DNA of 64,000 nt from an uncultured delta proteobacterium (GTDB taxonomy: Bacteria > Desulfobacterota > Binatia > DP-6). Shown piece after piece: positions 46,444 through 55,488 of the stretch (positions are counted from its first letter, which is position 1; the number at the start of each line of letters is the position of its first letter). A model generated the notes under the pieces. It had not been told where the DNA came from. It did no database searches and saw nothing but the letters and a program-made list of their open reading frames with translations. The DNA lies in NCBI GenBank assembly GCA_963815115.1, contig CAWFFN010000009.1, positions 768,001-832,000 on the forward strand. The letters are read 5' to 3'. Position numbers and translations under genes: made by a program.

Positions 46444-47100
46444 GTGGGGCAGACCGCGCACCGCGTCGTCGTCGTCGAGGATCACCCGATCTTCCGCACC
46501 GGCCTGGCGCAATGCCTCGACGCGGAGCCCGACTTCGAGGTGGTGGGACAGTGGGCCGACGGCTCGATCGAGGTCGATGCCCTGTCCGCCCTCGACCCGG
46601 ACATCGTCCTGATGGACATCGAGCTGCCCGGGGCGAGCGGCATCGAGGTGACCAGGCGGATCCGTCAGGCGCGCCCCGACCTGCGCGTGGTGATCCTGAC
46701 CGCATTTGCCGACGCCAACCTGCTCTTCGCCGCGATGCAGAGCGGGGCGGTCGGCTACATGCTGAAGCACACGCCCGCGCCCGAGCTGGTGGCGACCCTC
46801 CGCCGCATCGCCGACGGCGAGCACGTGCTCGGACCCGATCTCGCGTCGCGCTTCCTGGAGGAGTTCCGTACCCGTCAGATGCGCCCCCGCCCGCTGCCGC
46901 TCGATCAGCTCTCGGCGCGCGAGGAAGAGGTGCTCAAGCTGCTGGCCACCGGCGAGACCAACCGTGAGATCGCCCGCCGGCTCTTCGTCAGCGAGGAAAC
47001 GGTCAAGTCGCATGTCGCGTCCATCTTCCGGAAGCTCGAGGTCTCCGACCGGACACGAGCAGCGCTCCTCGCGGTCAAGGCGGGCCTCGTTGATCCGTAA
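46444..47100 (+). CDS. NarL/LuxR-family response regulator
   Basis: VVEDH, PDIVLMDI, GYMLK, LS.REEEVL.LLA.G.TNREIA..L.VSEETVKSHV. Confidence 0.93.
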   Translation: MGQTAHRVVVVEDHPIFRTGLAQCLDAEPDFEVVGQWADGSIEVDALSALDPDIVLMDIELPGASGIEVTRRIRQARPDLRVVILTAFADANLLFAAMQSGAVGYMLKHTPAPELVATLRRIADGEHVLGPDLASRFLEEFRTRQMRPRPLPLDQLSAREEEVLKLLATGETNREIARRLFVSEETVKSHVASIFRKLEVSDRTRAALLAVKAGLVDP

Positions 47101-48682
47101 GCTCTTCCCGCCAGCGCCGGCGGGACCGCGCGAGCGGTTCGCCTGGCTGCGGTTCCTGCATCAGCCGCTGGCGGCGGTGGGCCTTCTCGCCGTCGAACCA
47201 TCGGCGTGGCCGCTCTACGTGTCGGTGCTGCTCGTCCTCACGCTCGAGTGGCCGTTCCACATCCAGCTCGTCGAGGACATGGAGATCTATCCCTCCGCGG
47301 AGTGGACGAGCGCCGCCGCGGCCTACATCCTCGGGGCGGCGTTCCTCCCCATCTTCTGGCTCTCGGCGACGCTCGGGTTCTTCCTGATCTTCGTCCTCGA
47401 CAGCGCCGGGCTCGTGCGCGCGGACGGGATCGCGGCCGACACCGTGCGCGCGATCCGCGGCCAGCCCGCGCCGCCCGCGGTCGGTGTCGACGGGCACCTG
47501 CGCGGATTCGTGAACGTCAGCACGCACGCGATCCGCATCGCCGCGGTGGCGGTGCTGCGCGCGGCCGCTCCCGGCGCTCCGCTGTTCGTGCTCGTGCTGG
47601 TCACGGAGGGCGCGGTCGCGACCTGGCTGGCGCTGGTCCCGATCCCCGGACGCATGGCGCCGCGCCGGCGCTGGAACGCGCTCGCCGCCGCGCTCGGTCA
47701 GGACATGCTGGTCGCCACCGCGGCGCTCCAGCTCGTCATGGTCTACTTCCTGCTCGTGACCTACGAGCGCGGCGGCATGCCCGCGTTCGTCGGTGGCAGC
47801 ATCTGCACCCTCTTCCTGCACGGCATCCTGAAGCGTCTGAACGACGCCCGCGTGGAGAGCGAGCGCCAGCGACGCCAGGTGCTGCGGATGCAGGAGGAGC
47901 TCGATCGCGGCCACCGACTCGCCGTCATCGGCGGCACCGCGTCGGCGGTGTTCCACCAGATCGCCCGCCAGCACGGCGCAATCGGGATGCTGGCGCATCT
48001 CCTGGTGCGCGACGCGAGCGTCGAGGGTGGCGGGGCGCGCGAGAGCGTGCGCGAGCATGCGGCCGGCATTCTCACCAGCGTCGAGGAGGCGAACCGGGTC
48101 ATCGACGAGCTCCTGCGCTTCGGGCAGGACCGGGCACTCAATCTCTACACGCAGTCGCTCCACGCCCTCATCGAGACCTGCATCGCCGATTGCCGGCCAC
48201 GCGCCGACGAGCGCGGGGTGTGCCTCGAGGTGTTCCAGGGTCCCGACCAGGACGTCGTGGTCGACAAGCACAAGATCAAGCAGGCGCTCGGCAACGTGCT
48301 CGACAACGCGATCGAGGCCTCGGCCGCGGGAGGCAGGATCGAGGTGCGGCCGTCACTCGAGGGCCGACTCGCACGCATCGCGGTGCGCGACTACGGAGCC
48401 GGCGTCCCGGAGAGCGTGCGCGCGCGGCTGTTCACGCCCTTCTGCACCACGAAGTCGCGCGGCATCGGGCTCGGCCTCGCGCTCGCCCGCGAGCTGGTGG
48501 AGGCCCACGGCGGCGAGGTGACGTGGCTCCCGGCCGAGCCGGGCGCCGTCTTCGTCCTCACAATCCCGACCCGAGACCTCGTCTCGGGCGGCCCGGAGAG
48601 CGAGGTTGATGCCCGACCGCCACTGCGAGTGTCGAGCCGCGGCCGGCGAAGCCGGCGCGGCATACGAGGCTCGACCGTGTAG
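47090..48682 (+). CDS. Membrane-bound sensor histidine kinase
   Basis: N-terminal TM helices; H-box FHQIARQ; N-box NVLDNAIEA, D.G.G, LFTPF.TTK..G.GLGL. TTG start overlaps the response-regulator end. Confidence 0.88.
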   Translation: MIRKLFPPAPAGPRERFAWLRFLHQPLAAVGLLAVEPSAWPLYVSVLLVLTLEWPFHIQLVEDMEIYPSAEWTSAAAAYILGAAFLPIFWLSATLGFFLIFVLDSAGLVRADGIAADTVRAIRGQPAPPAVGVDGHLRGFVNVSTHAIRIAAVAVLRAAAPGAPLFVLVLVTEGAVATWLALVPIPGRMAPRRRWNALAAALGQDMLVATAALQLVMVYFLLVTYERGGMPAFVGGSICTLFLHGILKRLNDARVESERQRRQVLRMQEELDRGHRLAVIGGTASAVFHQIARQHGAIGMLAHLLVRDASVEGGGARESVREHAAGILTSVEEANRVIDELLRFGQDRALNLYTQSLHALIETCIADCRPRADERGVCLEVFQGPDQDVVVDKHKIKQALGNVLDNAIEASAAGGRIEVRPSLEGRLARIAVRDYGAGVPESVRARLFTPFCTTKSRGIGLGLALARELVEAHGGEVTWLPAEPGAVFVLTIPTRDLVSGGPESEVDARPPLRVSSRGRRSRRGIRGSTV

Positions 48683-48821
48683 CCGCGACGCCAGGGACGC
48701 CGACCTCGGGATGCCCACGTTCTGCCGCGCCGGCTTTGCCGGCCGCGGCTCGGCGCCCGCTCGATTCACCGGGCGCCACACGCTCGCCTCCGCTCTCGAC
48801 CCGAGACGAGGTCTCGGGTCG
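48567..48821. mobile_element. REPIN/MITE-like nested inverted-repeat element (255 bp)
   Basis: Perfect 22-bp terminal inverted repeats, each self-palindromic: CGACCCGAGACCTCGTCTCGGG (48567-48588) and 48800-48821. Inner 32-bp IR with 2 mismatches at 48631-48662 / 48723-48754. Confidence 0.65.
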
Positions 48822-48826
48822 TCGAT

Positions 48827-50134
48827 CTACTTCCCGAAGCGGTTCAGCGTCTGGTAGTCGAAGAAGGACGGGGCGAGCGGGATGCGCCGGTCCTGGGGGA
48901 CGTCGCCGGGCAGCGACGGGCCCGCGATCGTGGCCCGGGAGGCCTTCACGTTCTCCGCGGTCTGGTATCCGAACGTGGATCCGAGCCAGCGCTCCGTGGC
49001 GTTGTACGGAGCGGATGGCGGCCCCGTCACCTGGTAGGTGTTGAGCAGGTCACCCTGCCAGGAGAACTTCCGGTTCCACGCTCCCGTGTACGTGTAGTCG
49101 TCGACCCACAGCTCGATCTTGCCGTAGAGGTAGTAGCGGTCCTTCGGGACGCCTTCCAGCACCCAGACCTTGCGCTTGGTGAGCGCGCCGGCGACGGGCG
49201 CCCACGCGATGCCCTTCCAGTCCTTCACCTGGGCGCCGAACGTGCGCTCGTTGTTGGAGAACGGCGTCCGCCAGCCGCCGCCCGGGAGCGGGCGGCGGAC
49301 CACCTTGCCGGCCAGCGCGTCGGGGTCGGTCATGCGCAGCGCATCGTGGTGACCGACGAGCTTCCACGTGAAGTCCTCCGGCTTGCCGTCGAAGAAGTTG
49401 CCGTCGTCCTGGCTCAGGTCGGAGCCGAGGAAGCCGTCCGAGCGGTTGGCGGGCGACACCGCCCGCACCCGGCGGAGCGACGGCACGTAGGCCCAGTTGG
49501 CGTCGCGCTTCGTCGGGTCCTTGTAGCGCCAGGAGAGCGCGGCCGTGCCCTGCAGGTCGGCGGGGGTGAGGGTGAGCGCGATGAACTGGAAGAGCAGGTC
49601 CTCGGGGTTGCTCGTCGGGCTGTAATGCTTCGGCTGCCCGTCGTAGTAGAGGAAGGTCACGTCCTGGCCCGCCTCGCGCTCGACCCGCGTGGGGCTGACC
49701 CATGAGAGGGACGTCACGTTGCGGCTGTTTCCTCCCGTGTAGACCGTGTAGATCGTGTTCCACAGCACCTTCACGGCGGCGTCCGGATCGTCCTCGCGGA
49801 TGTCGGGGAAGGGATGCCCCATGATGTAGCCCGGTCGCTTGTTCGTCGACCTGTCGACGGGCTGCTTGCTGGCGTCCAGGGTCAGGTTCTTCGCGTTCTG
49901 CGCGCTCGCCTCCGCGTAGCCGTCGTCCCAGTTGAAGGCCGAGTTCGGGAAGTCGACGATCTTGTTGGTGTACTCACCCTTCTGGTAGTGGCTCAGGATC
50001 TCCGGCGGCAGGAGATCCTTCGCCTGGTCGGCATTCGATTTGTCGAGCGTCGTGCCGACTGCGAGCTCCGCTCGCGCGCGGCCGCCGAGCATCAGCACGG
50101 CGGTCAGGAGCAGGAGCAGCGTCGTCTTTCTCAT
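48827..50134 (-). CDS. DUF1329-domain periplasmic protein
   Basis: Signal peptide; G.PFP, D.QGTA.L...Y, WAYVPSLRRVR.VS.ANRSD...GSD...DD...F.GK, PKD.YY.YGK. Confidence 0.88.
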   Translation of the reverse strand: MRKTTLLLLLTAVLMLGGRARAELAVGTTLDKSNADQAKDLLPPEILSHYQKGEYTNKIVDFPNSAFNWDDGYAEASAQNAKNLTLDASKQPVDRSTNKRPGYIMGHPFPDIREDDPDAAVKVLWNTIYTVYTGGNSRNVTSLSWVSPTRVEREAGQDVTFLYYDGQPKHYSPTSNPEDLLFQFIALTLTPADLQGTAALSWRYKDPTKRDANWAYVPSLRRVRAVSPANRSDGFLGSDLSQDDGNFFDGKPEDFTWKLVGHHDALRMTDPDALAGKVVRRPLPGGGWRTPFSNNERTFGAQVKDWKGIAWAPVAGALTKRKVWVLEGVPKDRYYLYGKIELWVDDYTYTGAWNRKFSWQGDLLNTYQVTGPPSAPYNATERWLGSTFGYQTAENVKASRATIAGPSLPGDVPQDRRIPLAPSFFDYQTLNRFGK

Positions 50135-50227
50135 CAGGAGGTCTCCCCCAGGTGTTCGTCGAGCTCAACAGCTATAGCCGAACTGGGGCCCTCACCGGAA
50201 GCGGAACGCATATAAGGCCACTGCGGC

Positions 50228-52087
50228 TCAGTTCATCTGGTACGTCACGCGGAACGACACCTGCGAGCGGTCGCGGAAGTACCCGGTCGGGAACGTGAAG
50301 GCGCCTCCCATGAGCACGTACTGCAGGTCGAGGAGGAACGAATCCGAGAAGCGGTAGGTGACGTTCATCGGGAAGGCATATGTCCCGTCGGTCCCGATGA
50401 TGGCCGTGATGGCCGGGGTGATGCGGCCGTGCATGTAGTCGGTCTGCAGGTGGGTCTGGACGAAGGAGACGTAGGGGTAGAGGTCGACGAAATCGTTGGC
50501 CACCGTGTGCAGCTTCGAGAACGTGTTGATGGTGAGACCGTTCGTGTTCGCGCCCGATTTGACGCCTGTCCTGGTCACCTTCTGCTGTCCCCCGAATCGG
50601 AAGTCCTGGCCGGTGAAGGTCTCGGTCATGTTCCACTGCCCGACATACGCGGTGACCCAGGTGAAGCTGTTGTAGGGGTTGAGGGTGCGGAAGAAGAAGT
50701 TCCGGTCGTAGCCGAGCTCGAAGCGCAGGAAGTTGGCCGTCGGGACGGTGCCGTGGTCGGGTCCGGGCGTGGCCTTCTGGCCGAGGGAGGCGAGCAGCGG
50801 CTTCAGCCCGGGCGCGCGCAGCGCGGCCTCGAACGGGATGTTCTGGTTCGGGATGAAGGCCGGCTCGTCGAGGAAGAACTCCGCCTCCGTGCGCACGATG
50901 CCGTCGAGCGGTTCACTGAACCACGACACGGCGCCCCCGGCGACGTTCTCCAGCCCGTGCTCGATCGCGGTGATGAGCTGGGTCGGGCCCTTGGCGCCGG
51001 GGTGGACGATGGGGGCCCGGGAGAGATCCAGGGGCAGGAACACGGGGACCCCTGCCGTCGCGAAGGTGCGGTAGTACCAGATGCTGGCGGTGTAGTCGCG
51101 AGCGACGATGCCGCCGAAGCGGAAGCCGAAGCGGCTGTTCGCCATCGTCCGCGACGGGAGGTGATCGTACAGCCCGATGCGGATCCCTCCCAGCGCCGTG
51201 TGGACGACGGGGCCTGCGATGTCCGGCGGGATCAGGCCCGCGACCAGAGCCTGTGGGTCGGGTTGTGGCGGGGAGTACGGGCTGGCGGTCGGGATCGGCG
51301 TCTGGCTGACGGTAGTGTCGATGCTGCCGGGAACCCAGTAGCCTTCGCCGTAGGCGCTCGAGATCGGGCCCCAGTGGTCGAAGAGGTTGTAGGTGGTGCG
51401 GAGCGTGAAGAGCGGGATGCGCGCCTCGTCCACGTCCTGGAAGACGCCGGGGATGGCAAGGGTCTGGTTGAAGGGGTTGTTCGCGTCGAGCAGCGCCACC
51501 GTGTCGGACTCGCCCCACGAGATCGCCTGGCGCCCGATGCGCACGAACAGCGGTCCCTTGGTGAAGTTGAGGTACATCTCGTTGAAGCGGAACGGCACCT
51601 CCTTGTAGCTCCCGAGCACGGGATCCGGCTGGTACTCGTAGGTCGCGCGCGGGTCGATCAGCGTGTCCGTGTGGCTGATTGCAGCCGTTCTCGTGTGGCC
51701 CTGGGAGATGCGCCCCTGGATGTTGTTGATGGCGCGGTCGTACTGCGACGTGCCGTAGTTGTAGATGCCGTCGTAGAAGCCCCAGAGCGCGAGCCGGAAG
51801 GAGAAGTCGTCGAGCGAGAACGGCTGGTAGCGCGTGAGCTTGGCGTCGAACTCCGGATTCATGAAGTTGCGGCTCTCGATGAGCTGCATCGGCGCTCGCG
51901 CCGGCACGGTCTGCGGCTCGGAGTACTCGGCCGAGAACGCCCACTGGCTGTAGAAGCGCCCGCGCAGCTCGAAGTCGTGGTTGTCGTCGAGGTAGAAGGC
52001 GTGCGCGCGGATCGCGGGGATCACCAGGGCGACGGCGGTGAGGATGCACGCCCGCCATGGCCACTCCGGACGATGACGGTCTGACAC
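50228..52087 (-). CDS. DUF1302-like outer-membrane beta-barrel protein
   Basis: Signal peptide; FYDGIY.YG, E.Y......L.VRIGRQ.ISWGESD...LLD..NP, terminal RDR.QV.FRVTYQ. Paired with DUF1329. Confidence 0.8.
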   Translation of the reverse strand: MSDRHRPEWPWRACILTAVALVIPAIRAHAFYLDDNHDFELRGRFYSQWAFSAEYSEPQTVPARAPMQLIESRNFMNPEFDAKLTRYQPFSLDDFSFRLALWGFYDGIYNYGTSQYDRAINNIQGRISQGHTRTAAISHTDTLIDPRATYEYQPDPVLGSYKEVPFRFNEMYLNFTKGPLFVRIGRQAISWGESDTVALLDANNPFNQTLAIPGVFQDVDEARIPLFTLRTTYNLFDHWGPISSAYGEGYWVPGSIDTTVSQTPIPTASPYSPPQPDPQALVAGLIPPDIAGPVVHTALGGIRIGLYDHLPSRTMANSRFGFRFGGIVARDYTASIWYYRTFATAGVPVFLPLDLSRAPIVHPGAKGPTQLITAIEHGLENVAGGAVSWFSEPLDGIVRTEAEFFLDEPAFIPNQNIPFEAALRAPGLKPLLASLGQKATPGPDHGTVPTANFLRFELGYDRNFFFRTLNPYNSFTWVTAYVGQWNMTETFTGQDFRFGGQQKVTRTGVKSGANTNGLTINTFSKLHTVANDFVDLYPYVSFVQTHLQTDYMHGRITPAITAIIGTDGTYAFPMNVTYRFSDSFLLDLQYVLMGGAFTFPTGYFRDRSQVSFRVTYQMN

Positions 52088-52262
52088 GATGCGCAATCCC
52101 CCTCGTCCCCACAGCATGCAGGCTGAGCGTGGGTAGCGGCGTTCGTTACGCGGAATCGCCGTTCGCATGGAATCACCCGCAGCGGGGGTATTGGTCACCC
52201 GTTCGGGTGAATCTACGGCTCGGACGGGTGCGTCGACGCGCTCGGGTGAAACGGCGCGTCCC

Positions 52263-53459
52263 TCAGCCCGCCGCGGCGCGCACCGCAAACCCGATCGGGA
52301 GCCGCTGCGGGCCCTGGATGCCGAGCGGCGGCCTCCAGGTCGCGCCCTCGACGACGGCCGGGCAGCCGATGCGCGCGGTGAGCGCGCCCAGCGCCTCCTG
52401 GAGCTCCGCGCGCGCGAGGGCGGCGCCGAGGCAGTAGTGCGCGCCGTGACCGAAGGTGAGGTGCGGTGTCTCGGCGCTCTGCGCCGGGTCGAGCTCCTCG
52501 GGATGCGGATACACGCGCTCGTCGTGGTTGGCGCTCGAGGCCGAGAGGAAGACGCGCTCGCCGGCCTCGAGGCGGTCGCCACCCACCGTGACGGCTTCCG
52601 CGGCCGTCCGGCCGACGCCCGTCACGGCCGGGCGGTAGCGCAGCACCTCCTCCACCGTCTCGGCGACGGTGGCGGACCCGTCCGCGAGCGCCTCCCACAG
52701 CGCGCTGCGTCCGGCAAGCGCGGCGACCATCCAGCCGAGCTGGTTCTTGGTCGTCTCGTGCCCGGCGAACACCAGGCCGGCGATGAAGCCCTGGACCTCG
52801 AAGTCGGTCCAGCTGTCCTCGCGGGCCGCGACCGCGATGCGGCTGACCAGGTCGTCGCGCGGCTCGACGCGGCGGGCGCTGGCGAGCGCGCCGGTGTAGG
52901 CCAGGAGCTGGCTGAGCGCCGCGTTCACCTCGTCGATGTGCTGGGCGACGAACGGGCTGAAGCCGAGCCCCACCGTGTCGGCCCAGTGCCGGAAGCGATC
53001 GCGGTCGTCCTGCGGGACGCCGATCAGCTCGCAGAGCCCGAGCGAGGGATACGCATCGGCGAACTCGCTCATGAACTCGCAGGACCCGCGCGCCGCGAAG
53101 CCGTCGATCAGCTCGTGCGCCGCGTCGTGCAGGAAGGGCCGCAGCCGCTCCACGCTCCGGGGGGTGAAGGTGCGTGCCATGAGCGCGCGCCATCGGAGGT
53201 GCTCCGCGCCGTCGCGGTTCAGGGGTGAAACCGCCATCCACTCGAAGAAGGGTCCGCCGGTGATGCCGAACGCGCGCAGGAAGTCGGGGAAGTTGGCGCG
53301 CAGCCGCCCGTCGCCGAGGAGCGTCCGCATGTCCTCGTAGCGCAAGACGCCGGCTCCCCCCTGGCTGTCGAGCACGGGACCGACCTCGCGCGCCCGGCGG
53401 AGCGCGCCGAAGGGGTCGTCGAGAAAGGCCTGGTCGATCTCCAGCCGGGGGCGAGCCAT
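52263..53459 (-). CDS. Cytochrome P450
   Basis: I-helix AGHETT, K-helix EEVLR, heme-binding HLTFGHGAHYCLG. Confidence 0.95.
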   Translation of the reverse strand: MARPRLEIDQAFLDDPFGALRRAREVGPVLDSQGGAGVLRYEDMRTLLGDGRLRANFPDFLRAFGITGGPFFEWMAVSPLNRDGAEHLRWRALMARTFTPRSVERLRPFLHDAAHELIDGFAARGSCEFMSEFADAYPSLGLCELIGVPQDDRDRFRHWADTVGLGFSPFVAQHIDEVNAALSQLLAYTGALASARRVEPRDDLVSRIAVAAREDSWTDFEVQGFIAGLVFAGHETTKNQLGWMVAALAGRSALWEALADGSATVAETVEEVLRYRPAVTGVGRTAAEAVTVGGDRLEAGERVFLSASSANHDERVYPHPEELDPAQSAETPHLTFGHGAHYCLGAALARAELQEALGALTARIGCPAVVEGATWRPPLGIQGPQRLPIGFAVRAAAG

Positions 53460-53510
53460 CGCGCTGTCCTCCTGTCCGGACGTCGTTCTAGTGACGGCGC
53501 ACTGCGAGGG

Positions 53511-54257
53511 TCAACCGGGAGGCTCTTCCGGACCGCCGCTCGCGACGGCTCCCTCGTCCAGCCGCCCCGGGATGCGCACCTCGCGGACGATGCGGCCGTC
53601 CCGCATCTCCACGGTGCGATCGCCGTACATGGCCGCCGCCACGTTGTGCGTCACCATCACGACGGTGACCCGCTCGACCCGGCTGAGTGCGCCGATGAGA
53701 TCGAGGATCGTCTGACCCGTGTGCGTGTCCAGGTTGCCCGTCGGCTCGTCGGCGAGGAGGATCGACGGACGGGTGACGATGGCGCGCGCGATGGCCACCC
53801 GCTGCTGCTCTCCGCCGGACAGCTCGCCCGGATAGCGCCGCTCGCGGCCGGCCGCACCGACCCGGCGCAGCGCGTCCGCGGTGCGATGGCGAACGTCGGC
53901 CGTGGCGCAGCCGGAGAACTCGAGCGGCCACGCCACGTTCTCCGCGACGGTCAGGGCCGGGATCAGGTTGAAGGCCTGGAAGACGAAGCCGACCTTCCGC
54001 AGGCGCAGGTCCGCGAGCTGATGGTCGGCGAGGGCGGCGAGGCTCGTGCCCTCGACGACGACCTCACCCGTCTCCGGCGTGTCGAGACCGGCCATGAGGT
54101 TCAGGAGCGTCGTCTTGCCGGATCCGCTCGGTCCCATCACGGAGACGAAGTCGCCCTTCCCGACCTCGAGATCGAGGCGCGCGAGCGCCCGGGTGGCATG
54201 CCGTCCCGAGCCGTAGGTCTTCGTGACGGCCGACAGCCGGATGGCGACGTCGCTCAT
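53511..54257 (-). CDS. ABC transporter ATP-binding protein (LolD/MacB-type); no permease adjacent
   Basis: [45 protein letters not shown]. Confidence 0.95.
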   Translation of the reverse strand: MSDVAIRLSAVTKTYGSGRHATRALARLDLEVGKGDFVSVMGPSGSGKTTLLNLMAGLDTPETGEVVVEGTSLAALADHQLADLRLRKVGFVFQAFNLIPALTVAENVAWPLEFSGCATADVRHRTADALRRVGAAGRERRYPGELSGGEQQRVAIARAIVTRPSILLADEPTGNLDTHTGQTILDLIGALSRVERVTVVMVTHNVAAAMYGDRTVEMRDGRIVREVRIPGRLDEGAVASGGPEEPPG

Positions 54258-54346
54258 CGGCGCAGCAGTCCGGGCAGCAGGTGCAGGAACGTCGTCTCCT
54301 CGAGGTCCCGGCTCGCGATGGCGCTGCGAGCAGTTTCGATTCGCAC
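54254..54346 (-). CDS. Putative 30-aa peptide translationally coupled to the ABC ATPase
   Basis: GTG at 54346, [30 protein letters not shown]. Stop overlaps the ABC ATG (ATGA). TTGACA at 54378-54373 upstream. Confidence 0.3.
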   Translation of the reverse strand: MRIETARSAIASRDLEETTFLHLLPGLLRR

Positions 54347-54653
54347 GTCGCTTAGTGTGCGCGCTCCGGCGCTGTCAAGCCGAATCGTGTCGACGATCGT
54401 TCTGTGCAGCGCACGTACCCGTGGTTCGACGCGCCGGGCGAAGGAGCGGCACGAATCGCGGCGGCGGCCGCGGAGCAATCGTGGTGAACGTCGAGCGGGA
54501 AATCGATGCCCACCATGCAGTGGCCTGCTGTACCGTGATCTAGGTAGCATGCATAGCATTGACAAATTGCTGCCGAGCAGCGTATCGCTGGTGCGAGGCG
54601 ACACGCGCGCGCCTGGCAGGCGACCTGACACGAGCCAACGAGGGGGATCGGCC

Positions 54654-55277
54654 ATGACGTTGCTCTTGCGATCGGCGGAGGCAGCACCCGGCGCCAGCCC
54701 GAGGCGGCGCGAGCATCCGGCAGTGGCGCTCGAACGCGCGACGCTGGCGATCCTCGCGGAGGAGCCGAGCCACGGGTATGCCATCCTGGCGAAGCTGGAG
54801 AAGCGCATCGGCGGCGTGTGCGGCATCAGCTACGGCCAGGTCTACCGGATGCTCGCCGCCCTCGAGCGCAGGGGGCTCGTGGTCGGGCATGCCGTGCAGG
54901 TCGCACGTCGGCCGACCCGGAGGGTATACGCCCTCAGCGACGCGGGCCGGCAGGACGTGCAGCGCTGGCTGACGGAAGCGCCGTCACGCACGCTGTTCTT
55001 CGGGACGGAGTTCTACCTCCGCCTGCCCTTTCTCTCCGCACTCGACAGCGAGACGCGGGAGGAGGTGCTGGGACAGCAGGTGCGTCAGTGCCGGGAACAT
55101 CTGGCGATGCTGCTCCACCGGTGCCAGGCCGCGCACCGGACGGACAACGAGGGTGTGGCGCAGCGGCTGGTGCTCGAGGCGGCCGTCCTGCACAGCAAGG
55201 CCGACCTCGAGATGCTGGAACGCTGCCGGGCCGAGCTTCCGATCGCCGGCGAAGACGCCGGCGGGACGCGGCCCTAG
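54654..55277 (+). CDS. PadR-family transcriptional regulator
   Basis: LAIL...PSHGY.I, GQVY..L..LE..GLV, R.VY.LS.AGR....WL, plus C-terminal helical domain. Confidence 0.9.
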   Translation: MTLLLRSAEAAPGASPRRREHPAVALERATLAILAEEPSHGYAILAKLEKRIGGVCGISYGQVYRMLAALERRGLVVGHAVQVARRPTRRVYALSDAGRQDVQRWLTEAPSRTLFFGTEFYLRLPFLSALDSETREEVLGQQVRQCREHLAMLLHRCQAAHRTDNEGVAQRLVLEAAVLHSKADLEMLERCRAELPIAGEDAGGTRP

Positions 55278-55417
55278 CGACGAGACCCGGCCCGGGACGC
55301 CGACATCTCGGCGCCAGTGCCGGCGTCAGGCGTCATCACGCGCGTCACCGTCGAAGCAGCATCCCCGGCACCTTGATTCGGCGGAGGCAGCAGCGGAGGC
55401 TCGCTGCCGGGGCGGCG

Positions 55418-55433
55418 TGGCGCGAGGATTGCA
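55418..55433 (+). promoter_or_regulatory. Putative sigma-54 (-24/-12) promoter upstream of the SDR gene
   Basis: TGGCGCG-AGGA-TTGCA matches TGGCACG-N4-TTGC(A/T) with correct GG-N10-GC spacing, 55 bp before the ATG. Confidence 0.55.
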
Positions 55434-55488
55434 CGAGCTGCGGGACGCGAGGGAAGCCCGCTGCGCACACCCGAAAGGAGCGGGGGTC

